A DNA stretch of 64,000 bases from Eledone cirrhosa (Eukaryota): the NCBI GenBank assembly GCA_964016885.1, contig OZ024765.1, forward strand, positions 4,774,001 to 4,838,000. Reading direction: 5' to 3'. This document shows, in pieces, positions 27,808 to 40,692 of this stretch (position 1 is its first letter; each line of letters starts with the position of its first letter). The translations under genes and the position numbers were made by a program. A model generated the notes under the pieces. The model was not told the DNA's origin and did not search any database. It saw only the letters and a list, made by a program, of their open reading frames with translations.

Positions 27808-28339
27808 GTGTTGTTGTTGTTACTGTTGTTGTTACTGTTGTTGTTGTCACTGTTGTTGTTGTTTTTGTTACTGTTGTTTTTGTTTTTGTTACTGTTCATG
27901 TTGTTGTCACTGTTGTTGTTGATATTACTGTTGTTGTTGTTGCTGTCACTGTTGTTGTTACTGTTGTTGTTGTTACTGTTGTTGTTGTTGCTGTCACTGT
28001 TGTTGTTACTGTTGTTGTTGTTACTGTTGTTGTTGTCACTGTTGTTGTTGTTGTTGTTACTGTTGTTGTTACTGTTGTTGTTGTCACTGTTTTTGTTGTT
28101 GTTACTGTTGTTGTTGTCACTGTTGTTGTTGTTAATGTTATTGTTGATATTACTGTTGTTGTTGTCACTGTTGTTGTTGTCACTGTTGTTGTTGTTGTTG
28201 TCACTGTTGTTGTTGTTGATATTAATGTTGTTGTTGTTGTTACTTTATTCACCATATTATACAACTGAAAGTTCAATGACCTAGAAAGGTCAAATCTTTT
28301 GCAATGAATTTTTTCACTATATCAGACAATAATATATGG

Positions 28340-28377
<38 letters not shown>

Positions 28378-28548
28378 CTGCCATCATCATCATCATCATC
28401 ATCATCACTGCCATCATCATCATCATCATCATTATCATCACTGCCATCATCATCATCGCCACCATCATCATCATCATCACTGCCATCATCATCATCATCA
28501 TCACTGCCATCATCATCATCATCATCACTGCCATCATCATCATCATCA
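27808..28548. repeat. (TTG)n- and (CAT)n-based cryptic microsatellites
   Basis: direct inspection. Confidence 0.9.
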
Positions 28549-28814
28549 TATGTCCCCTTTTCCAATACTTCCATGTATTGAGCTGGTTTATCCAGGACAA
28601 TGTCCCCACTCTACTCTCATCATCTTCCTGTCATCTCCTTTGTAAGCTTCAGTGATTGTAATTAGCTTTGACCACCCTAACCCAGGGTCCCTCCCTGTAG
28701 CTCCCTGCCACTGGGATTTCTTGATGGAGGTGTGTGGCCCAGTAGTAAGGGTTTTGAACACTTTCATCCAAACAACAAAAGCACCTACACTTACACTTAC
28801 ACTCGCCTGCTTCA

Positions 28815-29668
28815 ACACATTCAGAACATAAGATGGTGACATGTGACTTTGAGAGAGATATATGCCGGCCTCCCACACATATCTGTCATTGTATGTAAAT
28901 GGAGAGTAAGATTTGCTGGCCACTGCCATCGTGCCACCTCTAAGGCTGTGTCCTCATTAGCGCTTTGGAAACCACAAGCAGTCACTAATAACAGGGGCCA
29001 CAAGCTCTTCTATCACGATTTGCTGGCCACTGCCATCGTGCCACCTATGAGGCTGTGTCCCCATTAGTGCTTTGGAAACCACAAACAGTCACTAATAACA
29101 GGGGCCACAAGCTCTTCTATCCCGATTTGCTGGCCACTGCCATCGTGCCACCTATGAGGCTGTGTCCCCATTAGTGCTTTGGAAACCACAAACAGTCACT
29201 AATAACAGGGGCCACAAGCTCTTCTATCCCGATTTGCTGGCCACTGCCATCGTGCCACCTATGAGGCTGTGTCCCCACTAGTACTTTAGAAACCACAAGC
29301 AGTCACTAATAACAGGGGACACAAGCTCTTCTATCCCGATTTGCTGGCCACTGCCATCGTGCCACCTATGAGGCTGTGTCCCCACTAGTACTTTAGAAAC
29401 CACAAGCAGTCACTAATAACAGGGGACACAAGCTCTTCTATCACGATTTGCTGGCCACTGCCATCGTGCCACCTATGAGGCTGTGTCCCCATTAGTGCTT
29501 TGGAAACCACAAGCAGTCACTAATAACAGGGGACACAAGCTCTTCTATCACGATGTCATCTCCAGAGATTCTGGTATTGAAATCCAGGACATGGCAATGG
29601 CAATGAATGACAGACCCACGTGGAGATCAATAGTTGAGTCCATTTTGGCTGAGGCCGCTGGATGATGA
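28815..29668 (+). mobile_element. Same RTE-like LINE 3' end, 107-bp segment x6
   Basis: units start at 28914, 29021, 29128, 29235, 29342, 29449; near-identical to 7672-8207. Confidence 0.82.
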
Positions 29669-30478
29669 AAGGTGTTGGACTTAGGATAGTAATGTCATGT
29701 GTTCAATTCCTAGACTGGGTTGTGTGTTGTGTTCTTGAGCAAAACACTTCATTTCTTGTTGCTTCAGTATACTCAGTTGGAAATGTGTACCAGCAATAGT
29801 TGGAGGTTTAACTCGGTGATGGACTGGCGTCCTGTTCAAGGGGGAAGGAGTCATATTATCAGTCGCTTCATGCCGGAAGAAGCTCCAACCGGCTGAGCAT
29901 CCAGGCTTAAAACAGACTTTAGACTTTAGACAACCATCATCTGACCTCTGCCCAAGTCTTCTTTAGTCTCCCTCTACTGTAGCTGCCTTCCCCAGGGATT
30001 TCTTCCCCCTTTTCACCCAACAACCATCGCCTATACACATTACATTTCCATACCAGCTCAGTCTTCTCTCTTCCACATTACATCTGATTCTTCTTATTTA
30101 TTAGAAAAAGCACCTTATCTCATAGAAGCCCAGTGTTTTTACATAGAATCCAGAACCAGCTTTGCAAACATAAAGTCTCAGGTTGAATCCCATTATGGAA
30201 ATATCTTGAACAAATGTCATTTACCTTAGCCATGGGTCAACCCAAGCCTTGTGAGTGAAACATGGTAGATGGAAGCTATTTGGAAGCCTGTATCACACAC
30301 TATGTTACACTGAAGAGCATTGGACAACATGCTTTGTGGAATATAGAGTATGCCCCTTTAAGTTCTGAGCTAAAATCCTACCGAAGTCAGCTTTGCCTTT
30401 CATCCTTACGGGATCTATAAAGTAAAGTACCAGTAATGCACTGGGATAATTGCTGGCCTTGTGCGAAAAGTAGAACAA

Positions 30479-31315
30479 TCATAATATAATAAAGGGGGGA
30501 GTGTGGGACAGCGTCCATTTTATCTTTTTTTATCCCATTAGTGAAATAAGTTGGATTACTTTGAATAAATAATGAATGAATATTACGTAATTTATCCACT
30601 AAATTTCGTAGCTCTTCATTAAACATAAATATTCTTATATATAATGATTGCTTATTTCAAGATTCATTTCTTTTAAAATGTTCAAATGTCAATACTTCCA
30701 TTAGCGTCCATTTTATCATAACACTTCGTCATAGGCTATATCACATAGCTTATATAAATGTTCATATATTTGCATCGTTATATAACATTTATATTTCTGC
30801 TGCTAATCTAATTTTCTCCTTTTTGTTTTCATTACATTTCACCGTAATGTAGTTTATATATAATATCATCTTTTTTAAATGTATCTTGGATTACTTTATT
30901 GATTACAGAAGACAGTGTAACACAGTCTCTCTTCAATTTATGTGCATATTGTCAATTATGATTTCATTTGATGTATCATGACTCAGAAGCTCCCGCGTCT
31001 TGCGACGCATGAGGCAATCATAGTGTTCCACCGCGTTGGTCAGCAGCCAGTTGCACAGCGTCCCGCCATTGTCTGTTTGTCGCTCGCAGGTCCCTCTCAA
31101 CTGTCTAGTGCCAGTTCATTTTGGGTCGCCCTCTCCGTTTGCTTCCCTGTGGGTTCCATTTAAGTACTTGGTTCACCAGTCTCTCCGGGGGAAGTCTCAT
31201 AGCGTGCCCAAACCAGCCCAGGCATCGCTTGCATGTATGTATATTTGCATATAATATCAAAATACACACTACACATGCTAGCAGAAAACCATCTGAATGG
31301 TAGCTTTTCTTCTAG
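30479..31315 (+). mobile_element. Non-autonomous Helitron with nested RTE-like fragment (about 30979-31228, minus)
   Basis: A|TC 5' end, subterminal hairpin, CTAG|T 3' end; insert translates WFGHAMR..LKWNPQGSKRRGRPK on minus. Confidence 0.8.
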
Positions 31316-31453
31316 TTATAAAATAAAGTAATAAAGATTAAATTGCACAGGGGTTCATTTAATGAAGTTCCTCTCTTCTCCCCCAAACAATTGTTGGCCT
31401 CTTGAGTCTCCTACGTTAGATACTATTATTATTTCTATTTTCCTTGTTTCCAG

Positions 31454-31569
31454 ATGGTCCTCATTTTGTGAAATACCCTGTAGACACTGTATCACCCATG
31501 GGGGAGCCAGTGACATTTCTATGTGATACAGACGGTGAACCAAAACCAAATATCTATTGGACATTTAAC
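31454..31569 (+). CDS. IgSF receptor exon D (N-half of Ig domain)
   Basis: tttccag / |gtaagt; DGPHFVKYPVDTVSPMGEPVTFLCDTDGEPKPNIYWTFN; phase 1 matches exon C across a 22.6-kb intron. Confidence 0.93.
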
Positions 31570-32142
31570 GTAAGTTATTTTGATTTTTTGGTAAACTATG
31601 TTATTTCTATATCGTTCGTTCTAGCAACCAGGTTCTTCTTCCCCTTCTTCTTCTTCTTGGACAATTATCCCCCTTGCTTCTGCTGGACACCGCTTGGTGG
31701 TGCTGACTGCCAGTCTTCTATTCATAGTTGAGGCTTTCAAAATGTTTATTTGTTAAACATACCGTATATCTTTAGATATACGAAATTCACATAAATGTAT
31801 GTATACAACTATGTTGAAGCTAAATTCCGCTTTTTCCCTGCTTGCAAGGGTGGGACGGGAACTGATTCTGGCTTGATTTCTACAGCTGGATGCCCTTCCT
31901 AACACCAACCTCATTTACAGTGTGGGCTGGGTGCTTTTTTGCCGTGGCACCTGCACGACCACTTTGCAGTGGAATGATAGGGACCCCAGTTCCTATCATC
32001 TCATTTCTACAGCTGAGTAAAATAAGGTGTCTTGCTCAAAGAAACAACACATTACCCAGTCTGAGAATTGAACTCACAACCTTTCGATTGCAAGGCCAAT
32101 GCTCTAACCACTAAGCCATGTGCCTCCACATATATATATAGG

Positions 32143-32617
32143 CCGGTTATATGATGCCTGAGTGAGGAGCGCGATGCTGTATGGTAGTGAGACATGGGCA
32201 GCAACTGCAGAGGATATGCGATGTCTGGAGAGAAATGAGGCAAGCATGCTCCGTTGGATGTGCAATGTCAATGTGCATGAACGACCCAGCATGGATGTGT
32301 TGAGAGAGAAACTATGTCTGAGAGGGATAGAATGTAGTGTGCGAGAGAGGAGACTGAGGTGGTATGGACATGTGATGCGCATGGAGGATGACTGCTGGGT
32401 AAAGAAGTGTCAGGAAATGCCAGTTGAAGGAAGATGTGGTAGAGGTAGACCACGAAAAACATGGGCGGAGGTGGTGAGAACAGACCTCAGATCACTGAAG
32501 CTCTCAGTGGAGATGACGAAGGACCGTGACAAGTGGAGAGATGCTGTGCTGAATAAGACCCATCCCACCCTTGCAAGCAGGGATAAGCGGACGTAAAATG
32601 ATGATGATGATGATGAT
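32143..32617 (+). mobile_element. RTE-clade LINE 3' end
   Basis: MLYGSETW...RRLRWYGHVMRM...GRGRPRKTW...DRDKWR, (ATG)n tail; minus copy at about 51960-52265. Confidence 0.88.
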
Positions 32618-32807
32618 ATATATATATATATATTATTTATTCTTTATCATTATCATTGATATACAAAATAATCATGTATAATTATTAAAAAACTTTTTAC
32701 TCAAATTTTATAAAGCTTAGAGTCTCATCAGGTGGAAGTTCAGTGCTGATCATTGCAAAACAAATACATAAATCTAGAGAAATATAATTAGTTAATGTTC
32801 TTTTCAG

Positions 32808-32961
32808 AATACTATTTCATTTCCGTCAACTGTAAATATATCAAAAGATGGACGCAGACTCTCCATCAAGTCAATGTCGTGGAAAGAGGTTGGAAAGTAC
32901 ATGTGTTTTGCTGAGAATTTACAAGCTGTGAGAAATAAAACAGCTCATTTGTATCTAAGAG
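32808..32961 (+). CDS. IgSF receptor exon E (C-half of Ig domain)
   Basis: ttttcag / G|gtaagt; NTISFPSTVNISKDGRRLSIKSMSWKEVGKYMCFAENLQAVRNKTAHLYLR. Confidence 0.92.
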
Positions 32962-34082
32962 GTAAGTCTACCCTGTAGTCCATATTCCATTGAGCTAGGT
33001 TTCTTATATACTTATTCAACAACAACATTAATAATAATTGTTTCTACTTTTCCTATATATATAAGGTATTTAGCTATTAGAGATGCAAATTAATTGTGTC
33101 TGCTCATGGAGAGAAGAGTATCAATATTATTATAAAAAGGAAACAAAGAATCAGAGTTGCATTATTTACATATTTAATTACATATGTTTCACTGCTGTTC
33201 CTCGAGCTGATTGACAATGAAACATATGTAATATGTAATTAAATATGTATATGATGCAACTCTGATTCTTTGTTCCCTGTTAATAATTATATATATATAT
33301 ATATACAGAGAGAGAAAAGGTGAAATTGGAAATAGCACGGAAAATATATTTAAGGGTCTTTTTTTCTTTTCCTTTCTTTGAATCGTCAAAGTGACATTAT
33401 TGATAAAATGAGAGGGACAATTCTTTTTAAAAAGAGTTTTATAAAGTATATAATGTATATAATGTATAAAAAGTATATAAAGTATATAAAGTATATAATG
33501 TATATAATGTATAAAAAGTATATAAAGTATATAATGTATATAATGTATAAAAAGTATATAAAGTATATAAAGTATATAATGTATATAATGTATAAAAAGT
33601 ATATAAAGTATATAATGTATTTAAAGTATATAATGTATATAAGTATATAATGTATATAATGTATATAAAGTATATAATGTATATAAAGTATATAATGTAT
33701 ATAAAGTATATAATATATATAAAGTATATAATGTATATAAAGTATAACTGGTTTCGATGTATCAGTAAAATCCATCTTATCAAATGTTGAGTATTACAAT
33801 TAAAAAGAATTAATAAGAATTAAAAACTAAAAATTAAAGATTTAAAATTAAGTGTTGAGGCAAGTTTTTTCATCTTCCTTGTTGAGAAGGAGACTGGAAA
33901 AAATGAACTCTTGTGTATAGAGAGAGGTTTAGTCCTGGTAGTAGCAGCAGCAGTGGTGGTAGGTATGTTTTTTTACACAGAACAAAATTGTTTTTAGGGG
34001 GAAGGAGTTATTCTGTAAACATGTACGGTATATATATATATATATATATATATTCATACATGTTCCATTGGTTCTATTTCAG

Positions 34083-34289
34083 TGCCTTCAAAAATACTTG
34101 GCATCATGGGTAATACGATTTTAGCAGTGGACGACACTTTAGAGTTGGTATGTAAAACTAGTGGCTTGCCATCTCCCAAGATTTATTGGGTGCATAATGG
34201 AAGAAGAATCAAGACCCATGCCAATGGAAGAATAAGGATCTTGTCCCCAAACAAACTGGTTGTAAAGTTTATCACAAGACATGATACAG
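34083..34289 (+). CDS. IgSF receptor exon F (most of an Ig domain)
   Basis: atttcag / G|gtaacg; VPSKILGIMGNTILAVDDTLELVCKTSGLPSPKIYWVHNGRRIKTHANGRIRILSPNKLVVKFITRHDT. Confidence 0.94.
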
Positions 34290-35505
34290 GTAACGTATTT
34301 GTAAAAAAAAAACACATTTTCAAAGATATTTGTAAAAAAAATATATTGTAACTTTGAGAACACCTAACTTACATCATCAGTGGGTGGCCCCTGACTAACT
34401 CTTGGTGTTATGGTTAAAGGGGCCAAAACACCTACAAGGTTACTTCACCCCCCCCCCCCCCCCATGAGACATCAATCAACTCTGACATTCAGAGATGGAG
34501 AACAACATCACCCTCAGTACAGTTCTAGGGGAAAACCGATTGAACCAACCCCAGTGTATTACTGGTACTTTATTTTATTGACCCTGTAAGGATGAAAATC
34601 AAAGCTTACCACGGGGTGGCAGGGGGGGGGGAGGAGAGATTTAAACTCAGAATGTAAATAGTTATGGCTCCTTGCATTCTGAGTTCAAATCCCACCGAGA
34701 GTGGTTTTGCCTTTTTCATCCTTACAGGGATGATAAAATAAAATACCAGTAATACACTGGGGTCGATTTAATCGACTTTCCCCTACCCCCAAATTGTTGG
34801 CCTTCTACCTAAATCAGAAACCATTATAATAATAATAATAATAATGAAATTATTGTGTACAGTGCTCAGGTGCACTACAATCATGGAAGATTTCAATATA
34901 AATCGAAACACTTTAAAATGAATGGTTCTGTTCTATAGAAAGAGAGAGGGTATTGGGATGGGTTGATATCAAAATATTGAAATCTTTAAGTAAGTTTATT
35001 GGGAAACAGCAAACGAGTTTGAAATTAGAAATAGAAGCTTTCGCCATGTTTTTTGACTAAATAAATTTTAGCCTGATAGTGGGGTTTAGAACCCTTTAAG
35101 TGGGGTTTAGAACCCTTTAAGAAATGGAAAAGGGTGAGTATTGTTGATAGCCTGATAGTAGGGTTTAGAACCCTTTAAGAAATGGAAAAGGGTGAATATT
35201 GATGATAGCCTGATAGTAGGGTTTAGAACCCTTTAAGAAACGCAACAAGATGAGTATTAACATACATTAATACTTATCTTTTTCCATTTCTTAGAGGGTT
35301 CTAAACCCCACTATCAGGCTAAAATTTATTTAGTCAAAAAAACTGACTTTAATATTTAATGGAATGCAGTTATAGTGCTGTTTTATACTAATTTAGAAAT
35401 AGAAATTTCTAAATTCAGATCTCTACATATGAATTCAATATCAGCCAGTTCACATCATATATTTTTTCTAAATTATTTTTCTTGTTTGTATTTTTCTTTT
35501 CTCAG

Positions 35506-35574
35506 GTAACTACTCGTGTGTGGCGTCTACCAGACTTTACAATGTGTCCTCTACAGTTCCAGTTTGTATTGTTG
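35506..35574 (+). CDS. IgSF receptor exon G (F-G strands of Ig domain)
   Basis: long polypyrimidine tract + ctcag / G|gtgagt; GNYSCVASTRLYNVSSTVPVCIV completes the DTGNYSC motif. Confidence 0.92.
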
Positions 35575-35646
35575 GTGAGTATCTTTATAGTGTCTTTATT
35601 GGTGGACAGATTGTTGTGAAAATTTACTATTTTACAGTAAAGACTT

Positions 35647-37160
35647 TAACCCTTTAATATTCAAACCGGCCAAAACCGGCCAGAATTCTCTACCTCTTTC
35701 TGTTGAAACTGGCTGTAACTGGTCGCTCAAACTGATGTTAACCCTTTAATGTTCAAACCAGCCCAAACCGGCCAGAATTCTCTACCTCTTTCTGTTGAAA
35801 CTGGCTGTAACTGGTCACTCAAACTGATGTTAACCCTTTAATGTTCAAACCAGCCCAAACCGACCAGAATTCTCTACCTCTTTCTGTTGAAACTGGCTGT
35901 AACTGGTCGCTCAAACTGATGTTAACCCTTTAATGTTCAAACCAGCCAAAACTGGCCAGAATTCTCTACCTCTTTCTGTTGAAACTGGCTGTAACTGGTC
36001 GCCCAAACTGATGTTAACCCTTTAATGTTCAAACCAGCCAAAACTGGCCAGAATTCTCTACCTCTTTCTGTTGAAACTGGCTGTAACTGGTCACTCAAAC
36101 TGATGTTAACCCTTTAATGTTCAAACCAGCCCAAACCGACCAGAATTCTCTACCTCTTTCTGTTGAAACTGGCTGTAACTGGTCGCTCAAACTGATGTTA
36201 ACCCTTTAATGTTCAAACCAGCCAAAACTGGCCAGAATTCTCTACCTCTTTCTGTTGAAACTGGCTGTAACTGGTCACTCAAACTGATGTTAACCCTTTA
36301 ATGTTCAAACCAGCCCAAACCGACCAGAATTCTCTACCTCTTTCTGTTGAAACTGGCTGTAACTGGTCACTCAAACTGATGTTAACCCTTTAATGTTCAA
36401 ACCAGCCCAAACCGGCCAGAATTCTCTACCTCTTTCTGTTGAAACTGGCTGTAACTGGTCACTCAAACTGATGTTAACCCTTTAATGTTCAAACCAGCCC
36501 AAACCGACCAGAATTCTCTACCTCTTTCTGTTGAAACTGGCTGTAACTGGTCGCTCAAACTGATGTTAACCCTTTAATGTTCAAACCAGCCAAAACTGGC
36601 CAGAATTCTCTACCTCTTTCTGTTGAAACTGGCTGTAACTGGTCACTCAAACTGATGTTAACCCTTTAATGTTCAAACCAGCCCAAACCGACCAGAATTC
36701 TCTACCTCTTTCTGTTGAAACTGGCTGTAACTGGTCACTCAAACTGATGTTAACCCTTTAATGTTCAAACCAGCCCAAACCGACCAGAATTCTCTACCTC
36801 TTTCTGTTGAAACTGGCTGTAACTGGTCGCTCAAACTGATGTTAACCCTTTAATGTTCAAACCAGCCCAAACCGACCAGAATTCTCTACCTCTTTCTGTT
36901 GAAACTGGCTGTAACTGGTCACTCAAACTGATGTTAACCCTTTAATGTTCAAACCAGCCCAAACCGACCAGAATTCTCTACCTCTTTCTGTTGAAACTGG
37001 CTGTAACTGGTCGCTCAAACTGAGGTTAAGGTATTGTTTTCAAAATAAATACTTTCAAAATCTCTTAGATTCGATATTATGTGAGATAATTATGCGAGGT
37101 AAAGCCTTTACCATGAAAATACAATAGTATATATAGAGTAATGTAAATGCTAAAGGGTTA
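35647..37160 (+). mobile_element. piggyBac-like MITE with 92-bp left end amplified about 15 times
   Basis: TTAA|CCCTTTAA...TAAATGCTAAAGGG|TTAA; interrupts a 108-bp-satellite-family monomer exactly at its TTAA. Confidence 0.85.
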
Positions 37161-37418
37161 ATGTTTAATGTGATAGTCATTGAACTGTTTTGTACTTTTC
37201 AAGAATGTCTTGCTAATGTTTCATATGATTTTTTAATTCAACGAAGATGAAGGGTCTGATCTCCATATCACCATCATCACCATCATCATCATTATTATCA
37301 TCACCACCACCACGATCATCATCATCACAACCACCATCATCAACACCACCACCACCACCATTTAATGTCCACTTTCCCTGCTAGATTTATATGAAAAATA
37401 AAATTGCTTTAATTTCAG

Positions 37419-37548
37419 GCCAACCTAAAGCACCAAAGCTGACCAAACTTTATGCCACATCGTCGACTTCCATCATGTTAGAGTGGGAACCTGTTAAACA
37501 AGAACCCTACACCAATGTCACTGGATATATCATCAGTTACAAACCAGA
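37419..37548 (+). CDS. IgSF receptor exon H (FN3-1 N-half)
   Basis: atttcag / GA|gtatgt; GQPKAPKLTKLYATSSTSIMLEWEPVKQEPYTNVTGYIISYKP. Confidence 0.92.
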
Positions 37549-37587
37549 GTATGTAATCGTGGCTATCATTGTTCCTGTTGTTGTTGA

Positions 37588-38062
37588 TTAACCCTTTAGC
37601 ATTTAAACCGGCCATATCTGGCCAGAATTCTCTCACCCCTTTCTGTTCAAACTGGCCATATCCAGTGTGTGGCTGAGTGGTTAGAGAATTGGATTCACAA
37701 TCGTGAGGTTGTGAGTTCGAGGTTGCCAGGCGATGCGTTATGTCCTTGGGCAAGACACTTTATTTCACGTTGCTCCTTCTACTTGGAGTTGCAACTGATA
37801 AATAGCAATTGGAAAGACCAATGGAAATATTGTTTCCTGGGTCCAATTTGACGAAAGTCGATCGACTGTTTCATATGAGGCCAGAATTCTCTCACCTCTT
37901 TCTGTTAAAACTGGCTGTACCTGGCTGCTCATACTGATGTTAAGGTATTGTACCCAAAATAAATAACAACAAAATCTCATAGATTCGATATTATGAGAGG
38001 TAAAGCTTTTACCATGAAAATATAATAGTATATTTAAAGTAATGTAAAATGCTAACGGGTAA
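37588..38062 (+). mobile_element. piggyBac-like MITE with nested SINE (about 37665-37870)
   Basis: TTAACCCTTTAGCATTTAAA...AAAATGCTAACGGGTAA termini; internal SINE head with A/B-box-like motifs. Confidence 0.75.
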
Positions 38063-38447
38063 ACCCTTTTATTACCATATTTCTAAGGAAAGACACTGTC
38101 TATGGTTTTCAAATACCATATTTCCCGGTGCCAAAGACACTTTGTCCTCGAGGATGCACCCTAATTTTGACAACCAAAAATTTGAAAAAAAATAATAAAC
38201 AACCTTCAGCCTCCAGCCTGCATGGTAGATTTTTGGGACTTATTTTAGAAAAAAATGTAACGTCTTTGGCGCCGGAAAATAGAGTAATTTCGGAAAATAA
38301 TTTAGTATTTCGTATTTAGTAACTTTGTCATTATTAAACTAGATTTTAGAACATAACTTAACAAAGGTTGTTACATAAAATTATTTAGATACTTTAACCC
38401 TTTTGTTACCATATTTTTAATGAAGGACAATGTCTATGATTTAGTAA

Positions 38448-39022
38448 TCATAATATAATAAAGAGAGGAATGCGGGACTGTGTCCTGAATATCATTTTTT
38501 ATCCCGTTAGTAAAATAAGTTGGATTACTTTGAATAAATAATGAATGAATATTACATAATTTATCTACTAAATTTCGTAGCTGTTGATTAAACATAAATA
38601 TTCTTAAATATAATGATTGCTTATTTTAAGATTCACTTCTTTTAAAATTTTCAAATGTCAATACTTCTGGTTATGATATAACGAACACTATATTATATCA
38701 CTTATATAAACATTCATATATTTACATCGTTATATCATAACATTTATATTTCCGTCGTTAGTTTTCTCCTTTTTTGTTATCATTACATTTCCCTGTAATA
38801 CAGTTTATATATAATATCGTCTTTTTAAATGTATCATGGATTACTTTACTGATTACAGAAGACAGTGTAACACAGTCTCTCTTCAATTTCTGTGTATATT
38901 GTCAATTACGATTTCATTTGATGTATCATATCTACATGCATGTATATTTGTGTATATTTATACACAAATATACACACTACACATGCTACAGAAAACCACC
39001 CGAAAGTTGGTTTTTCTGCTAG
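38448..39022 (+). mobile_element. Non-autonomous Helitron (second copy)
   Basis: A|TCATAATATAATAAAG...CAGAAAACCA-loop-TGGTTTTTCTG-CTAG|T; empty site GATTTAGTAA|TATAACTAA seen at 17652 and 39454; no TSD. Confidence 0.85.
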
Positions 39023-39264
39023 TATAACTAATTTTCTCATTATTAAGCTGGTTTTGGAACATAACTTAACAGTGGTTTTTACATAAAATTATAGTAGAAG
39101 AGTTTTAGATAAATATAAACACTATAACCCTTTCATTACCATATTTCTAATTTTGAAAGTAATCAAGAAATTAAAGGGATTTAAGTTGGCGTTTGGAACA
39201 TAACTTAGGAAAGGTTCTTCCATAGAATTAAGATGGAAAACTTTTAGATAAATATAAACACTTT

Positions 39265-39436
39265 ATCCCTTTAGCATTTACATTACTCTATATAAACTAT
39301 TATAATTTTGTGGTTAAGGCTTTACCTCACATAATATTGAATCTATGAGATTTTGATATTATTTATATTATTTGATATTATTTATATTATTTATAATTCT
39401 GGCCGGATATGGCCAGTTTAAATGCTAAAGGGTTAA
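39265..39436 (-). mobile_element. Short copy of the same piggyBac-like MITE
   Basis: CCCTTTAGCATTTA ... TAAATGCTAAAGGGTTAA terminal inverted repeats. Confidence 0.75.
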
Positions 39437-40354
39437 CCCTTTCATTTTATGACATTTAGTAATATAACTAACTTTCTCATAATCAAGACGGTTTTAGGGG
39501 CATGATGGTAGGTTTTTAGATAAATATAAATACTTTACCATTTCATTACCATATTTCTAATGAAAGACACTGCTTGTGATTTTCAAATAATTTTGAAAAT
39601 GATCAAAATTTTAGAGGGTTTAATGATACAACTTCTTTCTCATTATAAAGTTGGTGTTTGGAACATAACTTAACAAAGGTTCTTACATCAAATTATGAAG
39701 GTAGGTTTTTAGATAGATATAAACACTTTAATCCTTTCATTGCCATATTTCTAATGAAAGACACTGTCCATGGTTTTTCAAATAATTTTGAAAATAATTA
39801 TTGTTCTTTTTACATTCTGAGTTCAAATCCTTCCGAGGTCAATGAAATAAAGTACCAGTAATGTACTAGGGTCGATTTAATATCGACAATCCCCTTCCCC
39901 CAAAATTGTTGGCCTTGTGTCTAAATCAGAAACCATTATTACCATTTATGTCCTCAGTTCAAATCCCATTTAGGTTAGCTTTGCTTTTCATCCTTACAGG
40001 GTCGATAAAATAAAGTACCAGTTATACTCTGGGATTTAATTTAATTGACTCCCCCCCCCCCAAAAAAAGAATTGTTGGCCTTGTGCCTAAATCAGAAATC
40101 ATTATTATTAGACTGGGGCAGTAGATTGGCTGTATCGGTAGAGGGTCGGATGCCATGCTTCGCAGCATAGAGTTACGGCCCTTGCCATTCTGAGTTCAAA
40201 TCCCGCCGAGATTAACTTTTCCTTTCATCTTTCAGGTCGAAAAATAAAGTACCAGTCACATACTGGGGTCGATTTAATCATCGACTTTGCCCTCCCCACA
40301 AATTACTGGCCTTGTGCCTATATAAGAAACATTTATTATTTTTTATTATTTTTA

Positions 40355-40560
40355 GGTTAACTTTGAGGTTTATTGAGGTTAACTTTGAGATTTGAGGTTA
40401 ACTTTGAGGTTTATTGAGGTTAACTTTGAGGTTTATTGAGGTTAACTTTGAGGTTTATTGAGGTTAACTTTGAGGTTTATTGAGGTTAACTTTGAGGTTT
40501 ATTGAGGTTAACTTTGAGGTTTATTGAGGTTAACTTTGAGGTTTATTGAGGTTAACTTTG
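40355..40560 (+). repeat. 22-bp array (about 9 copies) at the 5' edge of a truncated SINE
   Basis: GAGGTTAACTTT-GAGGTTTATT units run into GAGGTTAACTTTGCCTTTCATCC of the SINE. Confidence 0.85.
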
Positions 40561-40692
40561 CCTTTCATCCTTACGGGGTCGATAAAATAAAGTACCAGTA
40601 ATACACTGGGTATTTACTGGCCTTGTGCCTAACGTAGAAACAATTATTTTTTTATTATTTTGTCATTGTTGTTGTTGTTGTTGTTGTTGCAG

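Noticed and set aside
33745-33790. Minus-strand hammerhead-like remnant (TTGATAA-GATG/CATC-GAAAC); similar half motif at about 44490-44525
   Set aside because: Core is mutated or incomplete; at best decayed copies
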